Of a stretch of DNA of 57,447 bases, positions 25,001 through 36,424 are shown piece after piece. The notes under the pieces are model-generated. The model was not told where the DNA came from. It saw only the letters and a list, made by a program, of their open reading frames with translations, and ran no database searches. Source of the DNA: Chiloscyllium plagiosum (taxonomy: Eukaryota); contig NW_025215125.1 in assembly GCF_004010195.1 (NCBI RefSeq), positions 1-57,447 of the forward strand. Direction: 5' to 3'. The translations under genes were made by a program, and so were the position numbers. Each line of letters begins with the position of its first letter. Within the stretch, counting starts at the first letter, position 1.

Positions 25001-27540
25001 GATCCAGACTAATCAATAGTCTATGTCTAATCTCAAGATTCATCATTTTCCTCTCCTCAGTGAACACTCTCAGGTTCGGCACACAGCCTTCCTTCATTGT
25101 CTTTTAGTGGACAAATCCTTTCGCTAGTTACCCACTTGCTTCTTATATAAGAATAAAATGCTTTGGGATTTTCCATAATTATGCTGACTAAAGCTATTCC
25201 ATTACCCCTTTTCGCCGCTTGATTCCTTCTTTAAGACTTGTCCTACTCTTCCAATATTCCTCCAGGACCCGTTCTGTTCTCAGCTTCCTAGATCTTATGT
25301 ACACTTCCCTTTTCCTCTTGGATCGTCGTACAATTTCTGCTGTCATCCACAGTTCACGAATCTTGCCCTTCCTATCCTTTGCCTTCAACAGGACATGCCT
25401 ATCCTGCACTATCTTTAGCCTATCTTTGAAAGCCTCCCACATCTCAAATGTGGAATTCATTTCAAATAGCTGCCCCCAATCCACATTTCACTGCTCCTGC
25501 CTAATTTTGATATAATTGGCTTTAGTCTAGTTTAGTACTCTTCCCTGAGGACCACTCTCTTCTTTATCTACAAGTATTCTAAGACTTACAGAATTGTGGT
25601 CACTGTTCCAAAAGAAATCCCCCACCGTCTACAAGTGGTAGACAAGAAATCTACCACTTGTCCAGGCTCGTTCCCAGTATCAGGTCCAATATGGCCCCTT
25701 CCCTCGTCGGACTATTGAAATATTGCTCTAGACAAGTCTACTGGACGTTTCGTACAAATTATACTCCATCCAGACTGCTGACTCTAAGTGTATCCCAGTC
25801 AATGTTGGGAAAATGAAAATCTCCCATCACCACTATTGCCTCTACATCTATTCATAATCTGTTTACCTGTTTGTTCTTCTACCTCAAACTCACTGTTGGG
25901 AGGTCTGTAATACAGTCCCAATAGAGTAACTGCACCCTTCTTATTTCTCAGCTCCACACATAATGCCTTACTACTCAAGACCGCCTTAGTGTACTCCTTT
26001 AGCACAGCCGTGGTATCATCCTTGACCAGCAATGCAACTCTACTTACTCTTTTACTTTCCTCCCTGTCCTGTCTGAAGCGTCTATATCCTGGAACACTTA
26101 GTCGCCAATCATCATGCCCTTCCTTCAATCAAATCTCTGTGATGGTAATAATGTCATACTCCCAGGCACCCTTAAGTTCATCTGTCTTATATACTATACT
26201 CCTTGCATTAAAGTAGATGCATTCCAGGCCACCAATTCTTTTGCACTCACCTGCTCTCTACCTACTCTTCCATTTATTAATGTTATCTTCATAATTCTTA
26301 CAGTCTCCAGTCTCCACCTCGCTGCCTACTTGTTTTCTCTTCTGGTTCCCAGTCCCCTGCCGCATTAGTTTAAAAACTCCCCAACAGTAGGAGCAAAATC
26401 TACCCCAAGGACATTGGTTCCAGTCTGGTTCAGATGTAGACCGTCCCTTTTTTATTAGTCCCACCTTTCCCAGAACTGGACCTAATGTCCAACAAATCTG
26501 AACCGCTCCTTCCTACACCATCTCTCAAGCCAAGTGTTCATCCTGCCTATTTTTTCATTTCTGCACTGGCTAGCACATGGCAATTGTAGCAATCCCGAGA
26601 TCACTAGCTTCGAAGTTCTCCTCTTTAACTTCTCTCCTAGTTCCCTGAAATCTTCTTTCAGGACCTCATCTCGCTTTCTACTTATATCGTTGGTGCCTAC
26701 ATGCACCAAGGCAACTGGCTGTTCACCCTCCCCTTTTTGAATGTTCTGCAGCCAATCGTTGACATGCCTGACCCGAGCGCCTGGAAGGCAACATACCATC
26801 TGGGAGTCCAGTTTTTGGCCACAGAACCGCCTATCTACTCCCCTCACAAAAGAATCCCCTATGACTATGGCCCAATGAGTCTTTTTCCCGCCCTTCTGAA
26901 TAGCAGTGCCGGCCATGGTGCCATGATCCTGGCAACTGCTGCCCTCCCCGGTGAGCCATCTCCTCCAACAGTATCCAAAACGGTTTGGAGGGAGATGACC
27001 GCAGGGGACACCTGCACTGCCTTCCTAATTTTTTTCTGTCTTTTGGTCACCCATTCACTCTCTCCATCAACAACTCTAACTGCAGTGTGACCAGTTCACG
27101 AAACGTGCTATCCAGTACCTCCTCAGCATCGCGGATGCTCCACAGAGAGTCCATCCACAGCTCCAGAGCTGTCATGCGGTCAAACAACAGCTTGCAGCTG
27201 GACACACTTGCTGCAAGTAGAAGAGTCAGGAATGTCAGACACGTTCCTAAGCTCCCACATCAAGCAACAGGCGCATGCAACGAGTCTGAGGTCCCCAGCC
27301 ATTACTAACTTAGCTTTATATGAACTAACTGAAACTAGACAATGCACTTAAATAAATGAAAAGGGAAGGTAAGAAATAAAAGCCTTACCTTACAGGGTCT
27401 TTTTCTTCCGGTTAGAGGAGGGGAGGGGGTTAGGAGAGAGATATAGCACGTGCAGTATCTCGGGTTTATACACTGCCCAAATATATATTAAGCTCTTACC
27501 TTTCTGGCAGCTTGGCTTTACTCCTTCTTCTCTCTTCGCC
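22083..27540 (-). mobile_element. Near full-length rearranged CR1 LINE: 5' UTR, ORF1 (zinc finger and SGNH esterase), ORF2 endonuclease, internal tandem duplication, most of RT deleted, 3' tail
   Basis: ORF1 starts MAGDLRLVACACCLMWE at 27302. Esterase motifs VIGDSFVRG / CLPGARV / VHVGTND. Endonuclease motifs YDIITITEIWL, LYYRPPN, VVMGDF. Also KSPGPDGI and QHGFVRGTSCLTN, then a jump to LVRPHLEYCVQFW and a (TTCTTTG)n tail near 22085. Confidence 0.95.
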
Positions 27541-27552
27541 ACTCTGGCAAAA

Positions 27553-28570
27553 TGGAGGGTGTCTGTGTATGGGTGGTTGTTGTATCTGTTTGTGTGTGTA
27601 TGACTCTGTGTGCTTGTGCGTGCCTGTGTGGTGGTTTGTATACTGGCACACACACACACACAAGCAGACATGCTGAAACAGTCACATACACGCCCACACT
27701 CCCCACACATGCACTGTATGCTAACACTGACACATACAAACAGGTATATACACTCAAGCAGACACACACTAACACAGATGCAGATACACACAAAAAGCAC
27801 ACATACATATAGACACAGAGAAACACATACGCTAACACACATACAGGCACACACATACACACAGAGACAGACATACACACACAGGCACACAGACAGAGGC
27901 ACACACGCATTGACATACAACACACAGAAAAGACACACATACAAAACATCGCACAGGCACGCACACACAAACAGACAGATATCACAACAACCCATACACA
28001 GACACCCAGATTCCCCACACACATGCACGCACACAGATATACACAGACACACAGGCACGCGCACACACAGACCATGGATACACACTAACACAGAGACACA
28101 CAAAGACATGCACACACACAAATGCACATACATATACACGACTGCATACACACAGACATACAAATGCAAAGACCTACACAGAGGCATGCGCACATTGATA
28201 CATACACATCCTGTAAAATGCAATGTTTAGTGACTGAACCTTACAAATAATCTTACATGTAAGAAAGGATTGAAAAGTCCTAAAACACACCAGCAGAGCA
28301 TGGCATTATATCACTTTCAGCAAAAGAAGCAGAGACAGAGGGAGAGGGAGAGGGAGGAAGGGACCCCATTCAATGATTCACCCCAAAACAAAACAGTTCC
28401 CATTGCACATAGATACAGAGATAGAGATACAAACACGCATATACACACAAATATAGGAACACACAGAGAGATAGTTAAACATAGATACACATATAGACAC
28501 ACACAAATCAACAAGTGTAGACAGAAATATGCAGATACAGACTTGGACATACGAAGACACATGGAAACAA
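27553..28570. repeat. Degenerate CA/GT-rich low-complexity tract
   Basis: Base composition. It switches from GT-rich to CA-rich near 27645. Confidence 0.85.
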
Positions 28571-29744
28571 AGAGTTATACAGGAGGTTTGAAAACAGACC
28601 TATCATCCCAGACACTCAATGCTAACGATAATCTCAAACTAAACTATTCCCACGTTCCTGCGCTTGGATCATATTTTTCCAATCTTTCTCTTATTCTTGT
28701 ACTTAATAAAATGTATTTTAAACATTTTAACTTTACCCACATCTATCACTTCTGAGGACGTTCATACTATACACGAACCAAATGATGTGTAATCACAATG
28801 CACTTCATAGATCCTGATCAGCTATACACAAGAACTCTGTGGGAAGCTCGAGAAGTGATGGTTAGAAATCATAATGAGATGTTCTTATCATCAATATCTA
28901 CAGGTGAGGTACTCGAAGACATGAGGCTGACTAACGTGGTGCCATTATTAAACAAATGAGCAAGAAAATACCAAGAAACAATAGACCAGTGAGCCTGACA
29001 TTGGTGTTGGGCAAGTTGTTGGAGAGAATCCTAACGACAGGATTTGCATGTATTTGGAAAGGCAAGAACTGATAAGGGAAAGTCAACATGGCTTTGTGCA
29101 TGGGAAATCCTGTCTCACGAACTTGATTACTTTCTTCTTGAAAAAGTAACAAAAAGAATTGATGAAGGCAGAGCAGTGGAGGTGATCCATAATGACTTCA
29201 GCAAGGCATCCAACAAGGTTCCCCATTGAAGACTGGTTAGCACGGTGAGAGCTCATGGAATACAGGGAGAACTAGCCATTTGGATACAGACCTGGCTCAA
29301 AGGTAGAAGACCTTTGAGGGTGGTGGTGGAGGATTGTTTTTCAGACTGGAGGCCCGTGACCAGTGGTGTGCCACAAATATTGGTGCTGGGTCCACTACTA
29401 TTCATCATTTACATAAATGGTTTGAATGTGACCACCAGAGGGATGGTTAGTAAGTTCATATTTGACATGAAAATTGAAGGTGCAGTGGACAGAGAAAATG
29501 ATTATCTCAGAGTATAACGGGGTCTTGAGCAGATGGACCAATGGGCTGACGAGTTAGAGATGGCGTTTAATTTAGATAAATGTGAACTGTTGCATTTTGG
29601 AAAGGAAAATCAAGGCCAGGCTTATACATTTAGTGTTAATTCCCTGAGGAGTGTTGCTAAACAAAGATTGCTTGGAGTGCAGGAACATAACACTTTGAAA
29701 GTGGAGTCGCAGGTAAGCAGGATAGTGAAGAAGGTGTTTGATAT

Positions 29745-30004
29745 AGAACATAGAAGAACACAGCGCAGTACAGGCCCTTTGGCCCTCGATGTTGCGCCGA
29801 TCCAAGCCCACCTAACCTATACTAACCCACTATCCTCCATATACCTATCCAATGCCCGCTTAAATGCCCATAAAGAGGGAGAGTCCACCACTGCTACTGG
29901 CAAGGCATTCCATGAACTGACGACTCGCTGAGTGAAGAACCTACCCCAACTTCAGTCCTATATCTACCCCCCCTTAATTTAAAGCTATGCCCCCTCGTAA
30001 TCGC
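29745..30004 (-). mobile_element. Short CR1 3'-end insertion flanked by a 154-bp direct duplication
   Basis: agaacatagaagaacacagcgcagtacaggccc is an antisense CR1 tail. 29591-29744 is repeated at 30005-30158. Confidence 0.85.
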
Positions 30005-30708
30005 TGCATTTTGGAAAGGAAAATCAAGGCCAGGCTTACACATTTAATGTTAATTCCCTGAGGAGTGTTGCTAAACAAAGATATCTTGGAGTGCAGGTTC
30101 ATAACACTTCGAAAGTGGATTCGCAGGTATACAGGATAGTGAAGAAGGTGTTTGATATCCTTGTCGTTGTTGGACAATGCATTGAATGTAGGAGTTGGAA
30201 GGACATATTGCGGCTGTGCAGGACATTGTTTAGGCCACTATTGAATACATTGTGTAATTATGGTCTCGCTCTTCAAGGAAGGATGTGTGAAATGTGAAAG
30301 AATTCAGAAAAGATTTACAAAGATATTGCCAGGGTTGGATGTTTTGAGATTTATGGAGAGGCTGAATATGCCTGAGTTATTTTCCCTGAAGCACCAGTGA
30401 TTGAATTGTGATCATAGATGTTTATATACTTACAAGTGGAATGTGTAGTGTGAATAGCCAAGGTCTTTAACCCAGAGCAGCATGTTCCAAAGCTAGAGAA
30501 TATATGTTGAAGGTCAGAGGGGCAATACTTAAAAGGGATCTAAGGGGCAACGTTTTCAAAGAGAGGGTGCTTTGTACGTAACGAGCTGCCAGAGGAAGTT
30601 GTGCAGGCTGGAACAATTACAACATTTAAAAGGCATCTGGACAGGCACATGAATAGGAAGTGTTTCGGCATATATAGGCCAAATGCTGGTAAATGGAACT
30701 ACTGTTTG

Positions 30709-30930
30709 ATTAGATTAGATTAGATGAGATTAGATTAGATTAGATTAGATTAGATTACATTACATTACAGTGTGGAAACAGGCCCTTCGGCCCAACAAGT
30801 CCACACCCACCCGCCGAAGCGCAACCCTCCCATACCTCTACATTTACCCCTTACCTAACAATACGGGCAATTTAGCATGGCCAATTCACCTGACCTGTAC
30901 ATCTTTGGACTGTGGGAGGAAACCGGACAT
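30709..30930 (-). mobile_element. 5'-truncated HE1-type SINE with an (ATTAG)n tail and TSD CTGTTTG
   Basis: Close match to 55547-55727. CTGTTTG occurs at 30702-30708 and 30931-30937. Confidence 0.9.
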
Positions 30931-32099
30931 CTGTTTGCCAGGGGCAAGTTGGGTAGAGATGGGTAGCTCTATGACATTTTGTCTTCTGTAAACCTTTCTC
31001 CTGTCATCCTAAAATTACCCCCAGTATTGAAATCCACCAACCAAAGGAAAGGGCACCTTCCATTCAATATTATCTATAACCGTCATTGTGTTATAAATCT
31101 CAATAAGGTTGATACTGCCTCAACCTTCTACGCTGCAGTGGCAAAGGTCCCAGTCCATCGAGCCTGTCCTTATAACTTATCACTCCATTCCCAGCAACAG
31201 ACTGACAAATCCTTTCTGAACCCTCTCCTGTTTAATAATATCATCAATGTAACTGTGTGACCGGAACTACACAGTAGATGTGATACATTTAACAACACTT
31301 GTGGGATCAGGAGAATATCACAGTGATAGGGAGGATGGTATAGACTGGAGAATATTACAGGGAAAGGGAGGATGGTATGGACTGGAGAATGTTGCAAGCA
31401 CATGGAAGATGATATAGACTGGAGAATGTTGCACGGATCGGGAGGACTGAATAAACTTGAAAGGAGAGATGATTTTTTGCTCTGTTCTGTACTTCATAGA
31501 GAGTGAGCGGTGTGCATGCTGCAAGTTACGACAGGGATAGAGAAGCTTGTAGAGACTGGACAAGATAGTCATAGAGAGGCTTGTGAGAGACCAGATCCAC
31601 TTATTGAGCATAGGATGTGCTACAGTGAGCAGAGACCTTTGCAGATATAAACAAGGATACAATGGCCACAAAGCAATCACACCAATACATAGGTATATTG
31701 GAACTGAAGGAATTGAAGAGATTACACAGACTGGGAGTGTTGTATGCAGTGGAATAGATTAAACTGATAGGGATGGTTTTAGAGACTCAACAACGTTAGG
31801 AAATAATGGAGGTTGCAATGGTGAGAGCAGGTTTCAGCACGTTGAAGGATATAGACCTGAAGGAGCTTTCACAGATAGCGATGGCTTTTAGGTCTGGTGG
31901 GGGCTGCAAAGTAAGGGGATTGTAGTGGCTTGGGGCATTTACACAGATAGGGAGAGTATTAGTGGTCGGCAGAATTCACAAAAACGGGTCTGCAGGACAC
32001 GACAGAAATCAGAAGTGTTGTATCAACTTGATCATGTACACAGGTAGGAAAGCTTGTGGGCGTTGGAGCAGCTCAACATCACAGAGAGATGTTGCAGAA

Positions 32100-32363
32100 A
32101 GGTTACTATGCTTAATACTTTAGAACTCCACATAAGTCTGTCCTGGTTCCTTCTTTATGTTTCTGAACCGCTGTCGATACACTTCTGGCACTAATCTGTA
32201 AGCGCTTATAATAGCCTGTTTGACATGTGCATAATCTCTTGACCACTCATGAGACAGCGCTGCAAATACCTCACAGGCTCTGCCTAATAGCTTAGACTGA
32301 ACTAGCTTTACCAACAAGACCTCAGGCCACTTCATCTGTCTCTCCAATTTTTCAAATGAAATA
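32100..32363 (-). mobile_element. Gmr1-like Gypsy gag (SCAN-like) fragment
   Basis: ISFEKLERQMKWPEVLLVKLVQSKLLGRACEVFAALS...SAYRLVPEVYRQRFR, homologous to the gag at 13900-14220. Confidence 0.8.
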
Positions 32364-33040
32364 CAGAGTTCCTTGAAAATAGAGTTACAGGTCGATAGGA
32401 TAGCAAAGAAGGCACATGGTATGCATTCCTTTATTGTTCAGAGTATTGAGTACAAGAGTTGGGAGGTCATGCTGCAGCTGTACGGGACATTGGTTAGGCC
32501 ACTTTTGGAATACCATGTGCAATTCTTGTCTCCTTCCTATCAGAAGGATGTCATGAAACTTGAAAGGGTTCAGAAAAGATTTACAAGGATGTTGCCAGGG
32601 TTGGAGGATTTGAGCTACAGGGAGATGCTGAACAAGCTGGGGCTGTTTTCCCTGGAGCATCAGAGGTTGAGGGATGATCTTGCAGAGGTTTACAAAATTA
32701 TGAGGGGCATGGATAGGATAAATAGACAAAGTCTTTTCCATGGAGTCGGGTGTCCAGAACTATAGGGCATAGGTTTAGGATGAGAGGGGAAAGATATAAA
32801 AGAGACCTAAGGGGCTACGTTTTCACACAGAGGGCGGTATGTGTACGGAATGAGCTGCCAGAGGAAGTGGTGGAGGCTAGTACAATTGCAACAGTTAAAA
32901 GGCATCTGGATGGGTACATGAATAGGAAGGATTTAGAGGAAGATGGGCCAGGTGCTGGTTGGTGCGACTGGATTGGCATGGACGAGTTGGACCGAAGGGT
33001 TTGTTTCCATGCTGTACATCGCTATGATTTTCTGACTCTA
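32364..33040 (+). mobile_element. CR1 3' fragment
   Basis: LYGTLVRPLLEYHVQF, LERVQKRFTRMLPGL, LGLFSLE and a ctatgatt tail. Confidence 0.92.
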
Positions 33041-34091
33041 ATAGCCAAAATCACTGCAGGCAGTTAGAGACAGAGATAGAATTGTAAGGTGTTTTGGAGG
33101 TTCCACAGTTCAGGAGGATTGCAGGGACTTGATGATGTTGTACATGGAAGTAGGGTTATAGGGACTGAAGCTGGGAACAGAGATAGAGAGACACGCAGGG
33201 GATTACAGAGATATGGTGGCCAGTTGTCTCTGGTGGAAGTTTCATGTAGAGGGATGGTTTTTGGAATTGTTGGACTTTGGAAAGATAGGTAGATTTGGAG
33301 GGGCTGGAGGGGCTTACAGATACATGGAGAAATGTAGTGACTGGAGCATACGGAGATGGTGAGGGCTGGAGGAGTTGCAATAATTTGGCTGGACTGTAGA
33401 AGCTGGATGGGTTCTCACAGAAGAGGAGGATTGTAGGAATGTGGGGAGTTTACGGAGATAGAGGGTTGGAGAATTCTCAGTAATTATTGGCTTGGAGCAC
33501 TGTCCAGACTGGGGGAGGCTTCAGAATGATGGAGGGGTCGAGCAAAAGGAAGTGGTCGCAAAAATTATAGGAACATAAACAGGTCACTTCGGTGTTGTGC
33601 CATTGAGGGTTATCAGGACGACAGTCTTCCTCATTAAAATGTACAGATCCTCAGGGGAATGGACAGGGTGGATGCTGAGAGGATGCTTCCTTCCTCTTAT
33701 GGGAGAGAGGCAGACAAGGAGACTCTGTTTGACAAAGATTAAGAATGGGCACTGATCTTTTTCTTCCAATGGCCCAAACCTCCTCTAGGTTTGTTCCCAC
33801 ACAGCTCAAAGCAATGCAATGCGATAACAAAGAGCAAGGTCGGTTGGGCCTGCAGGAGATATGAGACCAAGGCGAGTTTGGATGTGCTGGATGGAGTGAG
33901 AAAGAACGGAGATATTCAACAGCTGGAAGGGTTTACAGGGAGTGGACACTGTCAGGACTGGAGAACATGACGCGCTCACTCATGAGAGGGAGATAACAAT
34001 ATGGCACAAGGTCAAACACAGCAGGAGGATCCCAAGCTCCATACCTGTCATTTACTCAGGGAGCTTCTCTCACCGAGCTGGAAGTTTTAGT

Positions 34092-34134
34092 TGCAAACGT
34101 TTCGTCCCCTGGCTAGGCGACATCATCAGTGCTT
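34092..34134 (-). ncRNA. Minimal type I hammerhead ribozyme motif (inverted copy)
   Basis: Exact reverse complement of 34848-34890. Confidence 0.7.
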
Positions 34135-34847
34135 GGGAGCCTCCTGCGAAGCGCTTCTTTGATGTTTCCTCCGGTGTTTATCGTGGTCTGTCCCTGCCGC
34201 TTCCGGTTGTCAGTTTCAGCTGTCCGCTGTAGTGGTTGGTATATTGGGTCCAGGTCGATGTGTTTGTTGATGGAGTTTGTGGATGAATGCCATGCTTATA
34301 GGAATTCCCTGGCTGTTTTCTGTCTGGCTTGCCCTATGATAGTAGTGTTGTCCCAGTCGAATTCATGTTACTTGTTGTCTCCGTGTGTGGCTACTAAGGA
34401 TAACTGGTCGTGTCATTTCGTGGCTAGTTGATGTTCATGTATACCCAACATGAGCAAGACGAATGTAGTGTACAAAATACCATGCAAGGACTGCACTAAA
34501 CACTATATAGGACAAACAGGAAGACAGCTAACAATCCGCATACATGAACATCATCTTGCCACGAAACGACACGGCCAGCTATCCTTAGTAGCCACACACG
34601 CAGACAACAAGCAACATGAATTCGACTGGGACAACTCTACTATCATAGGGCAAGCCAGACAGAGAACAGCCAGGGAATTCCTATAAGCATGGCATTCATC
34701 CACAAACTCCATCAACAAACACATCGACCTGGACCCAATATACCAACCACTACAGCGGACAGCTGAAACTGACAACCGGAAGCGGCAGGGACAGACCACG
34801 ATAAACACCGGAGGAAACATCAAAGAAGCGCTTCGCAGGAGGCTCCC

Positions 34848-34890
34848 AAGCACTGATGATGTCGCCTAGCCAGGGGACGAAACGTTTGCA
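34848..34890 (+). ncRNA. Minimal type I hammerhead ribozyme motif in the Penelope pLTR
   Basis: GCA-CTGATGA-T-GTCGCCT-AGCC-AGGGGAC-GAAAC-GTT-TGC: core boxes, stem II with one G.G mismatch, palindromic AACGTT stem III, and a short stem I (GCA/TGC). Confidence 0.72.
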
Positions 34891-35562
34891 ACAAAAACTT
34901 CCAGCTCGGCAAACAGAACCACAACAACGAGCACCCGAGCTACAAATCTTCACACAAACTTTGAGCTTCTCTCACCCAGTCTGGTGCCAAGCCCCACATA
35001 CAAACAGCATGAGGTTTCCCAGTTCCTGGTATTCAGGGCCCAGTGCACTCACCCCTGAACCAGTCGGCGAAGTATTTACACAGTTATACATTCTCCAGCA
35101 ACACTGTGTCCTAGCCAACATAAACTGGTAAATTCACACTCTACCAGGCGAAGACCATCTGTACTCAGATTCCCTGGTGATACAATCCTCTGAGTGGTAG
35201 TCTGCAGAGAACAACGGAATCCACAAATCCCCATTGCATGGGCCAGGGTCAATGACAAAAGTTTCATTCTTTCAAAAATGACAACTCCTCAATTCCTGCA
35301 TCTCACAAAACTGCCATTTAAAAATATTAAAATAATGAACATTCCAAATGGAGGCTTTGATGAGGTGAGCTCTGGTCAGTAAAATAGACCTGGAGGTTAC
35401 CAGATCCACGGAGAGTGCTTTCTACCAGAGCACCACCAGGTCAGTATCAGGAACACACACACAATTGGCAAATAGATCCACATCGGAATTCACATCTCCC
35501 AGCCTGGCAATTTGAAGCTGTGCTCACCCATTCCGGTAAAGATCTCTAGAAACAGGACATCA

Positions 35563-36420
35563 GAGCCAGAAGACTGGGGGTTGGCTATCGTGTTGCTACT
35601 ATTTAAGGAAAACAGTAAGGAAAAGCCAAGGAACTATAGACTGGTGAGCCTGACATCGGTGGGCAAGTTGTTGGAGGGAATCGTAAGGGACAGGAAGTAC
35701 ATGTATTTGGAAAGGCAAGAACCGATTAGGGATAGTCGACATTGCTTTGTGAGTGGGAAATAATGTCTCACAAACTTGATTGTGATTTTTGAAGAAGTAA
35801 CATAGAGGATTGATGAGGGCAGAGCGGTGGATGTGATCTATATGGATTTCAGTAAGGCGTTCAACAAGATTCTCCATGGGAGACTGGCTAGCAAGGTTAG
35901 ATCTCACGGAATACAGGGAGAACTAGTCAATTGGTACAGAACTGGCTCAAAGGTAGAAGAAAGAGAATGGTGGTGGAGAGTTGGCTTTCAAACTGGAGGC
36001 ATGTGACCAGTGGATTGCCAGAAGGATCGGTGCTGGGTCCAATACTTTGCATTGTTTACATAAATGATTTGGATGTGAGCATAAGAGGTATAGTTTGTAA
36101 GTGATCAGTTGACCACAAAATTGGAGGTGCAGTGGTCAGTGAAAGAGTTTACTTCCGATTACAATGGGATCTTGATCAGATGAGCAAATGGGCTGAGAAG
36201 TGGCAGATGGAGATTAATTCAGATATGTGCGAGGTACTGCATTTTGCAAAAGCAAATCTTTGCTGGACTTACACACTTAGTAGTAAGGTCTGACGAAGTG
36301 TTGCTGAACATAAAGATATTGGAGTGCAGGTTCATAGCTCCTTGAACGCAGAGTCGGAGTTAGGTAGGATAGTGAAGAAGGCATTTAGTATGCTTTCTTT
36401 TATTAGTCAGAATATTGAGC
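35563..36420 (+). mobile_element. CR1 RT fragment
   Basis: NYRLVSLTS.GKLLE, AVDVIYMDFSKAF, GSVLGP. Confidence 0.92.
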
Positions 36421-36424
36421 CAGC

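Larger units (their letters stand above)
28805..30990 (+). mobile_element. 5'-truncated CR1 (RT to 3' end) carrying two nested insertions
   Basis: RAVEVIHNDFSKASNKVPH, WRPVTSGVPQ..VLGPLLFIIYIN, FNLDKCELLHFG. Confidence 0.9.
31305..33560. repeat. Degenerate purine-rich ~37-38-bp tandem repeat (~GGAGGAGGTTACAGAGATAGGGAGGGATTGTAGGGACT), interrupted at 32100-33040
   Basis: Recurrent ttacagagat / agactggag / tgtag motifs. Similar patches occur at ~37740-37900, 43500-43680 and 45870-46080. Confidence 0.6.
34061..34976 (+). mobile_element. Penelope-like element: GIY-YIG fragment and pLTR preceded by an inverted copy, with a 14-bp TSD GAGCTTCTCTCACC
   Basis: ORF 34450-34686 NVVYKIPCKDCTKHYIGQTGRQLTIRIHEH. 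Inverted arms 34073-34442 / 34540-34909. TSD at 34061-34074 and 34963-34976. Confidence 0.95.

Noticed and set aside
24349..26916. SGNH/GDSL esterase ORFs as a host or horizontally acquired gene
   Set aside because: They are the known esterase domain of CR1 ORF1, embedded in the LINE.
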